Of a DNA stretch of 64,000 bases, positions 8,462 to 18,262 are shown piece by piece (position 1 is the first letter of the stretch; every line of letters begins with the position of its first letter). The stretch comes from an uncultured Clostridia bacterium (GTDB lineage Bacteria > Bacillota > Clostridia > TANB77 > CAG-508). Under the pieces are notes generated by a model that worked only from the letters and a program-made list of their open reading frames with translations, searched no databases and was not told the origin of the DNA. The position numbers and the translations under genes were made by a program. Location of the stretch: positions 2,875 through 66,874 of the forward strand of contig CANPWV010000001.1 in NCBI GenBank assembly GCA_947585105.1, read 5' to 3'.

Positions 8462-8809
8462 ATGAAAAAAGAAGTTATACTTGTGCCAAAGGATAAGTGT
8501 CCATTGGATGTCTTGGTTGAACTGGGTGATCGGGTAAAAAATTCGTGGTTTTTCTTGCACAAAAATGCATACGAAAAGCTACTAAAAATGAACATCGGCC
8601 ATATGAAGTTCAACATCTTGAATTCACCGGAAAGAATGTGTATTACGTTGAAGAATGAAAACAAAGAATCTCCTGATACGGTGATTTTCTGTGATATTCC
8701 TCGGCCAACTTGGGGGCAAATAACTTCAATAGATGCACCTAATATTGCATATTATGGAGTGCGTCCCTTTGATCCGGAAGACATCTATTTCTTGAAAATG
8801 GATGAATGA
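8462..8809 (+). CDS. Hypothetical protein (115 aa). Contains in-frame CGG at 8531-8533 and 8702-8704.
   Basis: Own promoter (TTGCAA-17-TATAAT at ~8357..8390), RBS ggagg, and a terminator directly after the stop. No recognisable domain. Confidence 0.4.
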   Translation: MKKEVILVPKDKCPLDVLVELGDRVKNSWFFLHKNAYEKLLKMNIGHMKFNILNSPERMCITLKNENKESPDTVIFCDIPRPTWGQITSIDAPNIAYYGVRPFDPEDIYFLKMDE

Positions 8810-8827
8810 CTTATTTTTTAAAAGTAA

Positions 8828-8868
8828 AACATTTTCTTTTCCTCTTTCTTTTGAAAGAGGTTCTTTTT
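8828..8868 (+). terminator. Rho-independent terminator (repeat-family copy)
   Basis: cctctttcttttgaaagagg hairpin plus a T-run. Confidence 0.45.
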
Positions 8869-8875
8869 TAAAAAT

Positions 8876-9062
8876 ATCATTAATAATCTATATACAATAA
8901 ATATAGGAAATGACAATTCCACAAACGTGGTTTTGCCGAAATCAGTTGTAAAAACTCACACCTAACTCGCCAAAGTACAGATGTGAGTTCTTTTTATTTA
9001 TGTAGTTGCTTATCAACCCAGTTCTTATAAAGAACTGTAGCTAAGGCAACGTTTAATGTTAA
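8876..9062 (+). repeat. Degenerate third copy (E3) of the sRNA/toxin element
   Basis: About 95% identical to 7905..8090. The -35 region is deleted (-10 is TACAAT). On the minus strand only the 3' half of the toxin ORF remains (..LTLNVALATVLYKNWVDKQLHK*). Confidence 0.45.
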
Positions 9063-9216
9063 GATACAAAATTAAGAGATATGAATTAACATATCTCTTT
9101 TTTAAATTAAAGCTATTGTTAAATTTTATAAAATCTAGTATAATACTAATATAAGTAAATTTTGAAAAAACTTGATGAAATAATGGAAAAATAATTTAAA
9201 AAAGAGGAAATTAATT

Positions 9217-9978
9217 ATGTTTGATGCCGAAAAAATAGCTAATGAAATAATAGAATTTATTAGAAATTATTATAAAGAAAACAATTTAAAAGGTGCTGTA
9301 GTTGGTATTAGTGGTGGAAAAGACTCTGCTGTAGTTTCTGGTTTATTTACTAAAGCTCTAGGAAAAGAGAATGTTACAGGTATTTGGATGCCTTGCCATT
9401 CTAAAGAAGAAGATAAAAGAAACGCGTTAGAGTTAGCTAGCCATTTTGGATTTGAATTAAAAGAGTTTGATTTAACAAATATCTATGATTACTATGTTAA
9501 TCAATTTTCTAAATTAAATAATCCTAATATGGATGATTTGATTGATTCTAATATAAATATTAAACCTAGACTTAGAACTACAACTTTATATTATTATTCT
9601 AGTTATTTGAGCAAAAAGAACAAGGGAACATATCTTGTAGCCGGAACTAGTAATAAATGTGAAATCTATGTTGGCTACTTTACTAAAGGTGGAGATAATG
9701 TCGCTGATATTCAAGTTTTAGCTGATTTAACTGTAGACGAAGTTATTTCAGTTGGTGAAGCAATTGGAGTTCCTTACCATATTGTTCATAAGACGCCTGA
9801 TGATGGGTTAAGTGGATTAAGCGATGAAGACAAGCTTGGCGTAAAATATAGTGAAATTGCCGATGTTATTGAAAATGACGGAAAAAATACGGAAGAAGAA
9901 ATAAAACAAAAAATTAATAATTTACATCAAAGAAGTTATCATAAATCTAATATACCAACATTTAGAAAAAATAGATAG
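9217..9978 (+). CDS. nadE: NH3-dependent NAD+ synthetase
   Basis: PP-loop SGGKDS motif and NadE-like sequence throughout. Confidence 0.9.
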   Translation: MFDAEKIANEIIEFIRNYYKENNLKGAVVGISGGKDSAVVSGLFTKALGKENVTGIWMPCHSKEEDKRNALELASHFGFELKEFDLTNIYDYYVNQFSKLNNPNMDDLIDSNINIKPRLRTTTLYYYSSYLSKKNKGTYLVAGTSNKCEIYVGYFTKGGDNVADIQVLADLTVDEVISVGEAIGVPYHIVHKTPDDGLSGLSDEDKLGVKYSEIADVIENDGKNTEEEIKQKINNLHQRSYHKSNIPTFRKNR

Positions 9979-9988
9979 GAACGGAATT

Positions 9989-10558
9989 ATGAAGATAGGT
10001 ATATTTGGTGGTTCGTTTAACCCGCCTCATAAAATGCATAAGAAAATTGCCTTAGAGCTAATAAAAAATGGTTATGTTGATCAGGTAATTTATGTTCCAA
10101 CTGGAAATAAATATAACAAAAAAGATTTAATTGATGCTAAAGATAGATTGGAAATGTTAAAAATAATGACACGAAATAATGAGAATTTGTCTGTATCTGA
10201 TTATGAACTGAAAAATACTTTAACATATACTTATCAAACTTTAGATTATTTTCAGAGTATTTATCCTAATGACGAAATTTATTTTATATGTGGAACAGAT
10301 AATTTGAAAGAGTTAACTACTTGGAATCATTATAAACATATTTTAAATAATTATAAAATAGTTGTTATTGAAAGAGATAACGATAATGTTGAAGATATTA
10401 TAAAGTCTTTAAATAGCAAGAATATAATAATTGGTAAAATTGATTCAAGAAATATATCTTCAACTAAAATTAGAAATAATTTAAAGGAAAATCAAGATTT
10501 TTTTGATTTGGATGATGAAGTTATAAGTTACATAAAAGAAAAAAATTTGTATAATTGA
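9989..10558 (+). CDS. nadD: Nicotinate-nucleotide adenylyltransferase
   Basis: GGSFNPPH motif and NadD family sequence. It lies immediately downstream of nadE. Confidence 0.9.
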   Translation: MKIGIFGGSFNPPHKMHKKIALELIKNGYVDQVIYVPTGNKYNKKDLIDAKDRLEMLKIMTRNNENLSVSDYELKNTLTYTYQTLDYFQSIYPNDEIYFICGTDNLKELTTWNHYKHILNNYKIVVIERDNDNVEDIIKSLNSKNIIIGKIDSRNISSTKIRNNLKENQDFFDLDDEVISYIKEKNLYN

Positions 10559-10604
10559 ACTTGCTATAAATAGTTTATGGAGTAAACTAAGAAGGAGAAG
10601 AGTT

Positions 10605-10757
10605 ATGAATGAATTTGAAATTGGAGATAGAGTAAGAATAAAATACAGAGAACAAGAAGGATATATAATTGACAAAAATGGAAGTTTGTATACAGTATCA
10701 ATAGACAATGGAAGTCGAGTAGATTCATATCAAGCTAACGAATTAGAAAGATGTTAA
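10605..10757 (+). CDS. Small hypothetical protein (50 aa). Not in the ORF track.
   Basis: Strong RBS aaggag plus ATG. Product is MNEFEIGDRVRIKYREQEGYIIDKNGSLYTVSIDNGSRVDSYQANELERC. Confidence 0.35.
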   Translation: MNEFEIGDRVRIKYREQEGYIIDKNGSLYTVSIDNGSRVDSYQANELERC

Positions 10758-10806
10758 TTATAATAAAAAGCTTCGAACTTCCAAATAAGAAATTAGGAAA
10801 TGTATT

Positions 10807-11547
10807 ATGAATGATGAATTAGAATTTTATAATAAAATAAAAGACTGGAATTTTAGCAAGATAAAGTACATAGAAGAATCATTAACAAATTGGGATTTAT
10901 ATTCTATTTTAAAAGAAAAAGCTACCAAAGACTCATATATCCTAGATTTGGGAACAGGTGGTGGAGAAAATTTACTGAAAAATTTTCCTGAAGCAAAAAA
11001 GATAATTGGAACTGATTTGTCGCCAGAAATGATAAAAACTGCGCAACAGAATTTGGAAAAATCAAAAAGAAAAAATATCGAATTTAAAGTTATGGACAAT
11101 TTGAATATGGAAGTGGAAGAAAATTATTTCGATATAGTTGTTGCTAGAAATACTTGTATAAACGCAAAGCAAATTTATGATTGCTTAAAAACAGATGGAA
11201 TACTTTTAGTTAGAGGCGTTGATAAATTAGATTGCTTTGAGTTAAAGAAAATGTACGGAAAAGGTCAAGATTATAATGATGAAAAGCCAGTAAGCCAAAT
11301 GGATTATGAAAATATTCTTGATTCAGGTTTTAGAAATGTTGAGCTAGTTCCAATACATGTGAGAGAATATTATAAAACGAAAGAAGATCTAATAGCTCTT
11401 TTAATTAAAACTCCTATATTACAAGACTTTTCTGGTCAAACCGAAAAATTAAATTTTTCAATTATAGATAATTATATTAAAAGCCATAAGTCAGATAAGG
11501 GAATTTTATTAATAAGAAGATATTATGGAATTGTTGGTTATAAATAA
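10807..11547 (+). CDS. Class I SAM-dependent methyltransferase
   Basis: SAM-binding motif I (LDLGTGGGE) and a ~245-aa single domain. Confidence 0.7.
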   Translation: MNDELEFYNKIKDWNFSKIKYIEESLTNWDLYSILKEKATKDSYILDLGTGGGENLLKNFPEAKKIIGTDLSPEMIKTAQQNLEKSKRKNIEFKVMDNLNMEVEENYFDIVVARNTCINAKQIYDCLKTDGILLVRGVDKLDCFELKKMYGKGQDYNDEKPVSQMDYENILDSGFRNVELVPIHVREYYKTKEDLIALLIKTPILQDFSGQTEKLNFSIIDNYIKSHKSDKGILLIRRYYGIVGYK

Positions 11548-11606
11548 AAATGGCGAAACAGAAATAAAATAAAGCGTTTTACCATAGAATGTTTTAAAGG
11601 AGGTTC

Positions 11607-14558
11607 ATGATGGGAAAGAAAGGTAAAAAAGTCATATTTTTAGTATTACTAATAATAATTATTTTAGCAATTTTAACAGCTGTAGCTATTTATTTTCTAG
11701 GAATTAAAGGAAAAAAGAATAATGATAAAAAAGATAAAGACGACGTAGAAAAAGTTGCTAATTTTAATTTCGTTTCGCAAATGGAAAATGGAGCTTTTTA
11801 TATTCCTCAAGCAAGTGAGAACATCACTTTTGAAGTCGAGAAAAATGATGTAGATTCATTTGAAATTATTGATAGTAGCGGAAATAAGGTAGAAGCTGAA
11901 ATCGTAGAAAACGATGGAAAATATTTGATTTCAAATGAAGAAAATTATAAATCAGGTGAAACTTATACTTTAAAATTAACTAACAATAAATTTGTTCAAG
12001 AAGAGCTAAAAGAAGCTAAAACTGTAATATTTAAAATTGTAAGAAAAAAGGTTTCAGAATATAGTTTAAAAGATAATGTAAAAGAAGTTTCAAACAAAAA
12101 AGTTGAAATAGATTCAGATGGCGAAAATATCGAGTTTTCAGACGATTTAGATTTGGAAGTTGGAGATATTATAATTGTAAAAGATGGTTTAGAATATGTA
12201 GATGCTTATAAAATAGATAGTATAGATGGCGATAACGCTACTGTTTCTAAGCCTGAGGTAGATGAAATTTATGAAAATTTGAATTTGTATGAGTCTATTA
12301 AAGTTGACTTTTCTAAAATGGAATTTGTAGACGAAGTTGATGTAGAAAATTCAAATGTAGATAATTTATCTAACTTGCAAATCATTGAAAACAACGTTGA
12401 AAAAGAATTTTTGAATAGCTCAACATATAAATACATAAAAGAAGAGGCTGATAAAACTGGAAATTTAGTAAGTAATAAAATATCAGCAAAATTCAAAGAT
12501 GGAAGAATTTATATTGAAATTTCAGTTAATGTTAACGCTAATGGCGAAAGCTTTTTGGGAATAGAGGCTTTGAAAAATCACAGTGTCAAATTTACTTTCC
12601 AATTTGGAACAAGCCTAGATATTCTTACAGATATTCAAAAAGGAACAATTTTTGATGTTGCTGTTGAGCAAAAGCAAGATATGTCTGTTAAAGTTGAACT
12701 TATAAATACAATAGCTCAAAAAGAAGGATTTTCAGAGCTTAAAGATGATGAGTATGATAAAGTAGTTAAAGGTATTGTTGAAAGAATTGAAAAAGGAAAG
12801 TCAGATTCTGTTTCAGGTCAAGCTAAAATAGGTGCGCTTTCTATTCCTACTTCTGCTCCAGGAGTAAGTGTTTTTGTTGATTTATATTTTAGAACAGAAT
12901 TTAGTTTAGAGATAGCTTTAAATTATGAGCAAAAGGTAGAAAGTATTGAAAGATTTGGTGTTGCTGTATATGAAGATAGCTTACAACCATATCATACTAG
13001 CTACAGCCCAACTTCAACAATCAGTTTTGAACTTGTTGGAAAACTTTCTGGAAAACTTGGAATCGGTATTGATGTAGGTGTAAGTTTTATTTCAAAAGAT
13101 ATAGCTTATGTAGAATTGAGATTAGAAGTAGGATTATATGGTGAAGTTATTGCAAAAGATTCTATTGTTTACACAACAACCGAGGATAAAGAAAATTTTG
13201 AAACAAAAGCTCAAATAAGCATAGAAGCCGGTACTTATATTGATTTAAAAGCTAAAGGAACTATAAATCTTCTATTTGTAAAATTTGAAAAAGAAATTTC
13301 AATTGCTGAAAAGAAAAATCCATTCTTAAAATTAGGAAATTCTGTTTCAAGCTCTAACGCTACAAACAATGGCGGAGATGTTGTAAAATATAATGGAAAT
13401 TTATATTATTGGAAACTAAATGAAAGTAGTAGATTAGATAGCGGTGGAGGTTTAAATCTTTCAGAAAATCAAGGTTATTCAGGAAATCAATTAGTAAAAA
13501 TAGATATGAATGGCCATGATCAAGTTATTTATACTGGAAAAGGACTAGGAAAAATCTTTGCGGTTGGCGAAAGATTATATTTCATGTATGAAGAAAATTA
13601 TAGAGAACATATATGCTCAGTAAATTTAGATGGCGGAGATTTTAAAGAATTTGGAGAAGGCGAAATTCATTATGTATTAGGAGATTATTTATTCTGTACA
13701 GATGGAACTAGTGGAAATATTGATCATAAGGCGTTTTTACAAAGTATTCTATTAGATACAAAGAAAGATTTAGGAAAAGAATTAACATATCTAGGAATTG
13801 TAGATAATTTAATGTATTATTCTCAATTTGATTATAAAGCTGGAACTTTAAGTATAGGAACAATTTCAGGTGATGGAACAGATAATGGAATTATTGCAAC
13901 TTTAAACGCAAACTTGTTTACTATGTGGACTCAACAAACCATGTATGTATATAATTTTATAAATTATAATGATAATTTATATTTAGTTTATGGTTATTCA
14001 GCTGGAACAGCAAATTTAGTTCAAGAATCTAGAATTGCTAAAATGAATGAAGATGGAACAAATTTGAAAATATTAAATAGTTATTGCGAGGAAGATACTG
14101 GAGATTCATTTATGGTTGATGGCAAGCTATGTTTAATATATACAGAAGGAAAAGCAATTGATTTAGAGAACGACCAAATCATTGATGTAGATAAAAATTT
14201 AAAAGTTCATTTTAATTATTGGCAAGTTATTTTTGATGTAGAAACAGAGTATACACCTACTTATGACTTGAGTTATAAGAATCCAAAAATTTTATATTGC
14301 GATAAAGAAACTAATGAAAGTAAAGTAATTTTATCTGAACAAGATTTGAAAAACGAAGGAATTACAGTAGATAGTGAAAATACAGTAAATGTGTACAGTA
14401 GTAGCGTAATTGGAAATGAAGCGTATTTTGTAATAGATTATGGAAAACATGACGCAACAAAGGATGTTGGCTGGAGATACGTATACAACAGATTAAAAAC
14501 TATTTGCTATAAATATAATATTGAAACAGGAACAGTTGAGAAGTTATACGAATTTTAG
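11607..14558 (+). CDS. Large membrane-anchored surface protein (983 aa) with a beta-propeller-like C-terminal region
   Basis: N-terminal TM anchor. The C-terminal region has repeated Y/W-rich blades (NGNLYYW.., ..LYFMYE..) resembling DUF5050-type propellers. A terminator hairpin lies at 14562..14592. Confidence 0.55.
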   Translation: MMGKKGKKVIFLVLLIIIILAILTAVAIYFLGIKGKKNNDKKDKDDVEKVANFNFVSQMENGAFYIPQASENITFEVEKNDVDSFEIIDSSGNKVEAEIVENDGKYLISNEENYKSGETYTLKLTNNKFVQEELKEAKTVIFKIVRKKVSEYSLKDNVKEVSNKKVEIDSDGENIEFSDDLDLEVGDIIIVKDGLEYVDAYKIDSIDGDNATVSKPEVDEIYENLNLYESIKVDFSKMEFVDEVDVENSNVDNLSNLQIIENNVEKEFLNSSTYKYIKEEADKTGNLVSNKISAKFKDGRIYIEISVNVNANGESFLGIEALKNHSVKFTFQFGTSLDILTDIQKGTIFDVAVEQKQDMSVKVELINTIAQKEGFSELKDDEYDKVVKGIVERIEKGKSDSVSGQAKIGALSIPTSAPGVSVFVDLYFRTEFSLEIALNYEQKVESIERFGVAVYEDSLQPYHTSYSPTSTISFELVGKLSGKLGIGIDVGVSFISKDIAYVELRLEVGLYGEVIAKDSIVYTTTEDKENFETKAQISIEAGTYIDLKAKGTINLLFVKFEKEISIAEKKNPFLKLGNSVSSSNATNNGGDVVKYNGNLYYWKLNESSRLDSGGGLNLSENQGYSGNQLVKIDMNGHDQVIYTGKGLGKIFAVGERLYFMYEENYREHICSVNLDGGDFKEFGEGEIHYVLGDYLFCTDGTSGNIDHKAFLQSILLDTKKDLGKELTYLGIVDNLMYYSQFDYKAGTLSIGTISGDGTDNGIIATLNANLFTMWTQQTMYVYNFINYNDNLYLVYGYSAGTANLVQESRIAKMNEDGTNLKILNSYCEEDTGDSFMVDGKLCLIYTEGKAIDLENDQIIDVDKNLKVHFNYWQVIFDVETEYTPTYDLSYKNPKILYCDKETNESKVILSEQDLKNEGITVDSENTVNVYSSSVIGNEAYFVIDYGKHDATKDVGWRYVYNRLKTICYKYNIETGTVEKLYEF

Positions 14559-14593
14559 AATTTGAAAGCGACCTAAGAAAAAGGTCGCTTTTT

Positions 14594-15338
14594 TCAATTA
14601 CTTTCTATAAATAAGGCTTTGGCTAGATATGGAATAATTTCGTCTGCATCATACCAACCAGACGATTTTGAATCATTTTTTCCGCCGATTTGGATTTGAA
14701 ACATAGATTTTTTCATTATCGTCACAAGCAAGTAAAGCCATGTAATGCGAAGAGGTTGTCCAACGATTATTATTAGGTTTATTCCAAACACAAATTATAA
14801 TTGGTCGATTTGTTTTCAAGTGAGAGATAATATTTTCTTTTGATAAATGAACTGAATCATAATAAAAATCAGTATTTTCAATTCCAAAAGTGTTTGAAAG
14901 TTCTTTTGAAAGCTTAGTATAATCTAAAACAGGGTAATATTTTTCTCGTAAATCTTCAGGTGTCAAATCTTTTCCATAGCCACTTAAAATTATTGCCATT
15001 ACTGTAATTCCGCAACCATTTTCTTTCATCGTTCCACCCCAATACTTTTTTCCACTCCATGAAGCTTTTCCATTTTGTTTGTATTCAATATAAGTCTTTT
15101 GGTTTTCCACAATTGTAGTAAAAGTTGTGTAAAAACCATCTTGATTTTCAACCTTTTTTTGACCAATTCCAGAATAATTTTTATTTTTATCTTGCTTAAT
15201 AATTTCATATTTGTAATTTGAAATTGTAGTTGAAATTGTGTCATGAACAGATATGTAAATATTTCTAAAGCATAGTATTCCTAGTATTAAAGCGACAATT
15301 AATATAATTTTTTTGATCAATTTTTTTCTTTTTTTCAT
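14594..15338 (-). CDS. C39-like (papain-fold) cysteine peptidase domain protein with N-terminal TM anchor. Continuous only with a +1 shift at in-frame CGG (minus-strand codon at 14685-14687).
   Basis: Contains the NGCGITVMAI motif. ORFs 14673..15338 and 14594..14791 join as ..IYVSNPN-G-GKNDSKSSGWYDADEII... Confidence 0.6.
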
Positions 15339-15491
15339 AATAAATCTCCTTTTCGATTTTTATTATATATTTTTGAAAAAGCTTATGCTTTAAGACTTGC
15401 TTAAAAAATTCTTAATATTTTCTTACTATTACTAATTTGTGGTGAAAAACGAATAATACTGTGATATAATCAAAACTGAAATGGAGGATTT

Positions 15492-16175
15492 ATGAATATT
15501 TTAGTTTTAGATGATGAAAAAGAAATAGCTGATCTTGTTGAAGTGTATCTAAAAAATGAAAATTATAATGTTTATAAGACTTATGATTCTAAAAGTGCTT
15601 TAGAAATTATAGATACAACAAAATTAGATATAGCAATATTAGATGTTATGATATCTGAAAAAAATGGCTTTGAAATTTGCAAATATATAAGAGAGAAAAA
15701 CTTGAATTTTCCAGTAATATTTTTGACTGCAAAAATTGATTTTCAGGACAAAATCGAAGGCTTGACTTTAGGTGGAGACGATTATATAACAAAGCCTTTT
15801 AATCCTTTGGAACTTGTTGCAAGAGTAAAATCTGCGATTAGGCGATACACAAAATATAATGAAAAACAAGAAGAAAATTCCATTTATATTAACGGACTTG
15901 AAATAAACGAAAGAACTCATACTTGCAAGTTATATGAAAAAGAAATCGATTTAACACCCTTGGAATTTGAGATTTTGTTATATCTTGCCAAAAATAGAGG
16001 AGAAGTTATTAGCTCAGAAGAGCTTTTTGAGAAGGTCTGGAAGGAAAAATATTTAGATAGTAATAATACAATAATGGTTCATATTAGGCGAATTAGAGAA
16101 AAACTGAAAGAAAATACAAGAGAGCCAAAATTTATAAAAACTGTGTGGGGAGTGGGTTATAAAATTGAGAAATAG
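15492..16175 (+). CDS. OmpR/PhoB-family response regulator (VanR-like)
   Basis: Receiver domain with conserved Asp, plus a winged-helix C-terminal domain. Confidence 0.9.
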   Translation: MNILVLDDEKEIADLVEVYLKNENYNVYKTYDSKSALEIIDTTKLDIAILDVMISEKNGFEICKYIREKNLNFPVIFLTAKIDFQDKIEGLTLGGDDYITKPFNPLELVARVKSAIRRYTKYNEKQEENSIYINGLEINERTHTCKLYEKEIDLTPLEFEILLYLAKNRGEVISSEELFEKVWKEKYLDSNNTIMVHIRRIREKLKENTREPKFIKTVWGVGYKIEK

Positions 16176-17250
16176 AGAATTTACAAATTTAAAAAATAGT
16201 TTAGCAATAAGAGCAGTCGTAAAAATTATTATGTATAGTATAGGAACAATTATAATTTTTTCTATTCTTATTGATAATGGATTCTTAGGAAATGATATTG
16301 CAAATGGGTTGTCTGACTTCAACAGAAGTCTATATTTATGGTGCGTTAGAAATAAAATTTTAGTTTTAGGCCTTATTTATTTAATGATATTTGGAATAAT
16401 ATCTTTTCTTGTAATTAGAAATACTAATAATAATATGATTAAGATTATTTCGGCAATGGACGAAATTTTGAAAGAGCCTAAAAATCAAGTAAAACTTCCA
16501 ACTGAACTTGCAATTTTAGAAAGCAGATTAAATAATATTAGAGTTGATTTAATCACTAACCAAAACGAGGCAAAAGAAGCGTTAGAGAAGAAAAATGATT
16601 TGATTATGTATATGGCTCATGATTTGAAAACTCCTTTAACATCTATAATTGGCTATTTAACACTTCTTTCAGAGGAAAAAGGAATTTCAACTGATTTGCA
16701 AGAAAAATATTTAAAAATCGCTTTAAATAAAGCTTTTAGAGTTGAAGAACTTACAAATCAATTTTTTGATATTACAAGATATAATCTTCATACTATTCCA
16801 ATTATAAAGCAAGATTTAGATATTGCTTTTTTGTTAGAACAATTAAAACAAGAATTTTATCCTATGTTACAAGAGAAAAATCTTGAAATTTTGCTTAACA
16901 AATCTAGTGGAATCACATTTAGTGGTGATGGCGATAAACTTGCTAGAGCCTTTGGAAATTTAATAAAAAACGCAATTAGTTACAGTTTTGAAAATACAAA
17001 AATTGAAATTGATATAAAAAAAGAAAATGATAAAATTAATATTGTTTTCAAAAATAAAGGAAATAAAATTCCAGATTACAAGTTAGAAAAAATATTTGAA
17101 AAATTCTACAGAGGCGATGAATCAAGAACTTCAAACACTGGTGGTGCCGGACTTGGACTTGCTATCACAAAAGAAATCATTGAACTTCATGGTGGAAAAA
17201 TTTCTGTAAAAAATGATAATGAATTTATCGAGTTTTTAGTTGAATTGTAA
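16165..17250 (+). CDS. Sensor histidine kinase (VanS-like), two TM segments
   Basis: H-box MAHDLKTPLTSI and G-box GGAGLGLAI. It overlaps the end of the response regulator gene. Confidence 0.85.
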   Translation: MRNREFTNLKNSLAIRAVVKIIMYSIGTIIIFSILIDNGFLGNDIANGLSDFNRSLYLWCVRNKILVLGLIYLMIFGIISFLVIRNTNNNMIKIISAMDEILKEPKNQVKLPTELAILESRLNNIRVDLITNQNEAKEALEKKNDLIMYMAHDLKTPLTSIIGYLTLLSEEKGISTDLQEKYLKIALNKAFRVEELTNQFFDITRYNLHTIPIIKQDLDIAFLLEQLKQEFYPMLQEKNLEILLNKSSGITFSGDGDKLARAFGNLIKNAISYSFENTKIEIDIKKENDKINIVFKNKGNKIPDYKLEKIFEKFYRGDESRTSNTGGAGLGLAITKEIIELHGGKISVKNDNEFIEFLVEL

Positions 17251-17445
17251 TTATTTAGATACATCTTTGATACAAGTTTTTTGTAAAATATAAAAATGGG
17301 AGGAGTGTTTATGACTCAAATTTAATTTGCGGCGCTTTTAATTTTGATAAGAGAAAAAAGTAAATAAAAATTTAATATTGACAAAAAATAAAAGATGTTA
17401 TATATCAAGAATAAGAAAATTAATTTTGAAAGGAAGATATGTGAT

Positions 17446-17712
17446 ATGAAATATACTTATGAAACTCAAAATACATGCGCTCAGGTTATAGAATTTGAGT
17501 TAGAAGGAAATATAGTTAAAAATGTTAAATTTTTATATGGCGGTTGTCCGGGAAATTTACAGGCGGTTCCAAGACTTGTTGAAGGAATGACTGTTGAAGA
17601 AGTTGAGAAAAAACTAAAAGGAATTCTTTGTGGAATAAAAGGAACATCTTGTGCGGATCAATTGGCTAGAGCTGTAAGAAAAGCTTATGACGAATCACAA
17701 AAATTGGTGTAG
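17446..17712 (+). CDS. TSCPD domain protein
   Basis: GCPGN..TSCADQLA motifs typical of the TSCPD family. The internal Met with an RBS is the likely start. Two tandem terminator hairpins follow at 17758..17812. Confidence 0.65.
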   Translation: MKYTYETQNTCAQVIEFELEGNIVKNVKFLYGGCPGNLQAVPRLVEGMTVEEVEKKLKGILCGIKGTSCADQLARAVRKAYDESQKLV

Positions 17713-17825
17713 ATTTTGTATATAAAATATTATTGACAAAAATTGTCAACAGTCTGTAAAAATGTCGGTTATAACCGACATTTTTTTAAAAATATCGCTT
17801 TAGAGCGATATTTTTATTTTATATA

Positions 17826-17874
17826 TTGACAAGTGTTATAAAGTGTTATATACTGTTATATACTGTTATATATA
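17826..17874 (+). promoter_or_regulatory. Promoter (TTGACA-17-TATACT) overlapped by four ~10-bp-phased TGTTATA direct repeats. Putative operator of the downstream GntR regulator.
   Basis: ttgacaagtgttataaagtgttatatactgttatatactgttatata, immediately upstream of the GntR gene. Confidence 0.45.
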
Positions 17875-17887
17875 GAGAGGTAAAGAT

Positions 17888-18262
17888 ATGGATTTGATAA
17901 TTAGTAATAATAGTGAAATTCCAATATATGAACAGATTAAAGAAAAAATTAAAAAGGCCATAAATTCAAATGAATTAAAAGCTTCTGACATTTTGCCGTC
18001 TGTAAGAGGTCTTGCTAAAGATTTAAGAATTAGTGTTTTGACTGTTAAAAAGGCTTATGACGAATTAGAAAACGAAGGCTATATTAAAACTGTTCAAGGA
18101 AAAGGAAGCTTTGTAGTTCCTAGAAGTAAGGAACTAATGAGGGAAGAGCAGATTAAGATAATTGAAAAAAATATAGGCGAGATTGTAAAAATTGCTAAAA
18201 CTAATGATATTAGAAAAAAAGAGATAATTGATTTATTTAAATTTTTATATGAGGAGGACTAA
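17888..18262 (+). CDS. GntR-family (YtrA-like) transcriptional regulator
   Basis: N-terminal winged HTH (..LPSVRGLAKDLRISVLTVKKAY..) with a short effector domain. It is first in an operon with an ABC transporter. Confidence 0.85.
   Translation: MDLIISNNSEIPIYEQIKEKIKKAINSNELKASDILPSVRGLAKDLRISVLTVKKAYDELENEGYIKTVQGKGSFVVPRSKELMREEQIKIIEKNIGEIVKIAKTNDIRKKEIIDLFKFLYEED

Noticed and set aside
8431-8664. Minus-strand ORF 8431..8664
   Set aside because: It lies antisense inside the better-supported plus-strand ORF 8462..8809, which has a promoter, RBS and terminator. No RBS precedes it.
8286-9136. Reading the duplicated hairpin-containing 75-bp repeats as attL/attR of an island integrated at tRNA-Leu
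   Set aside because: The copies are in inverted, not direct, orientation relative to the tRNA 3' flank. No tRNA 3'-end fragment accompanies them, and no integrase gene is present. They look like a recycled terminator module.
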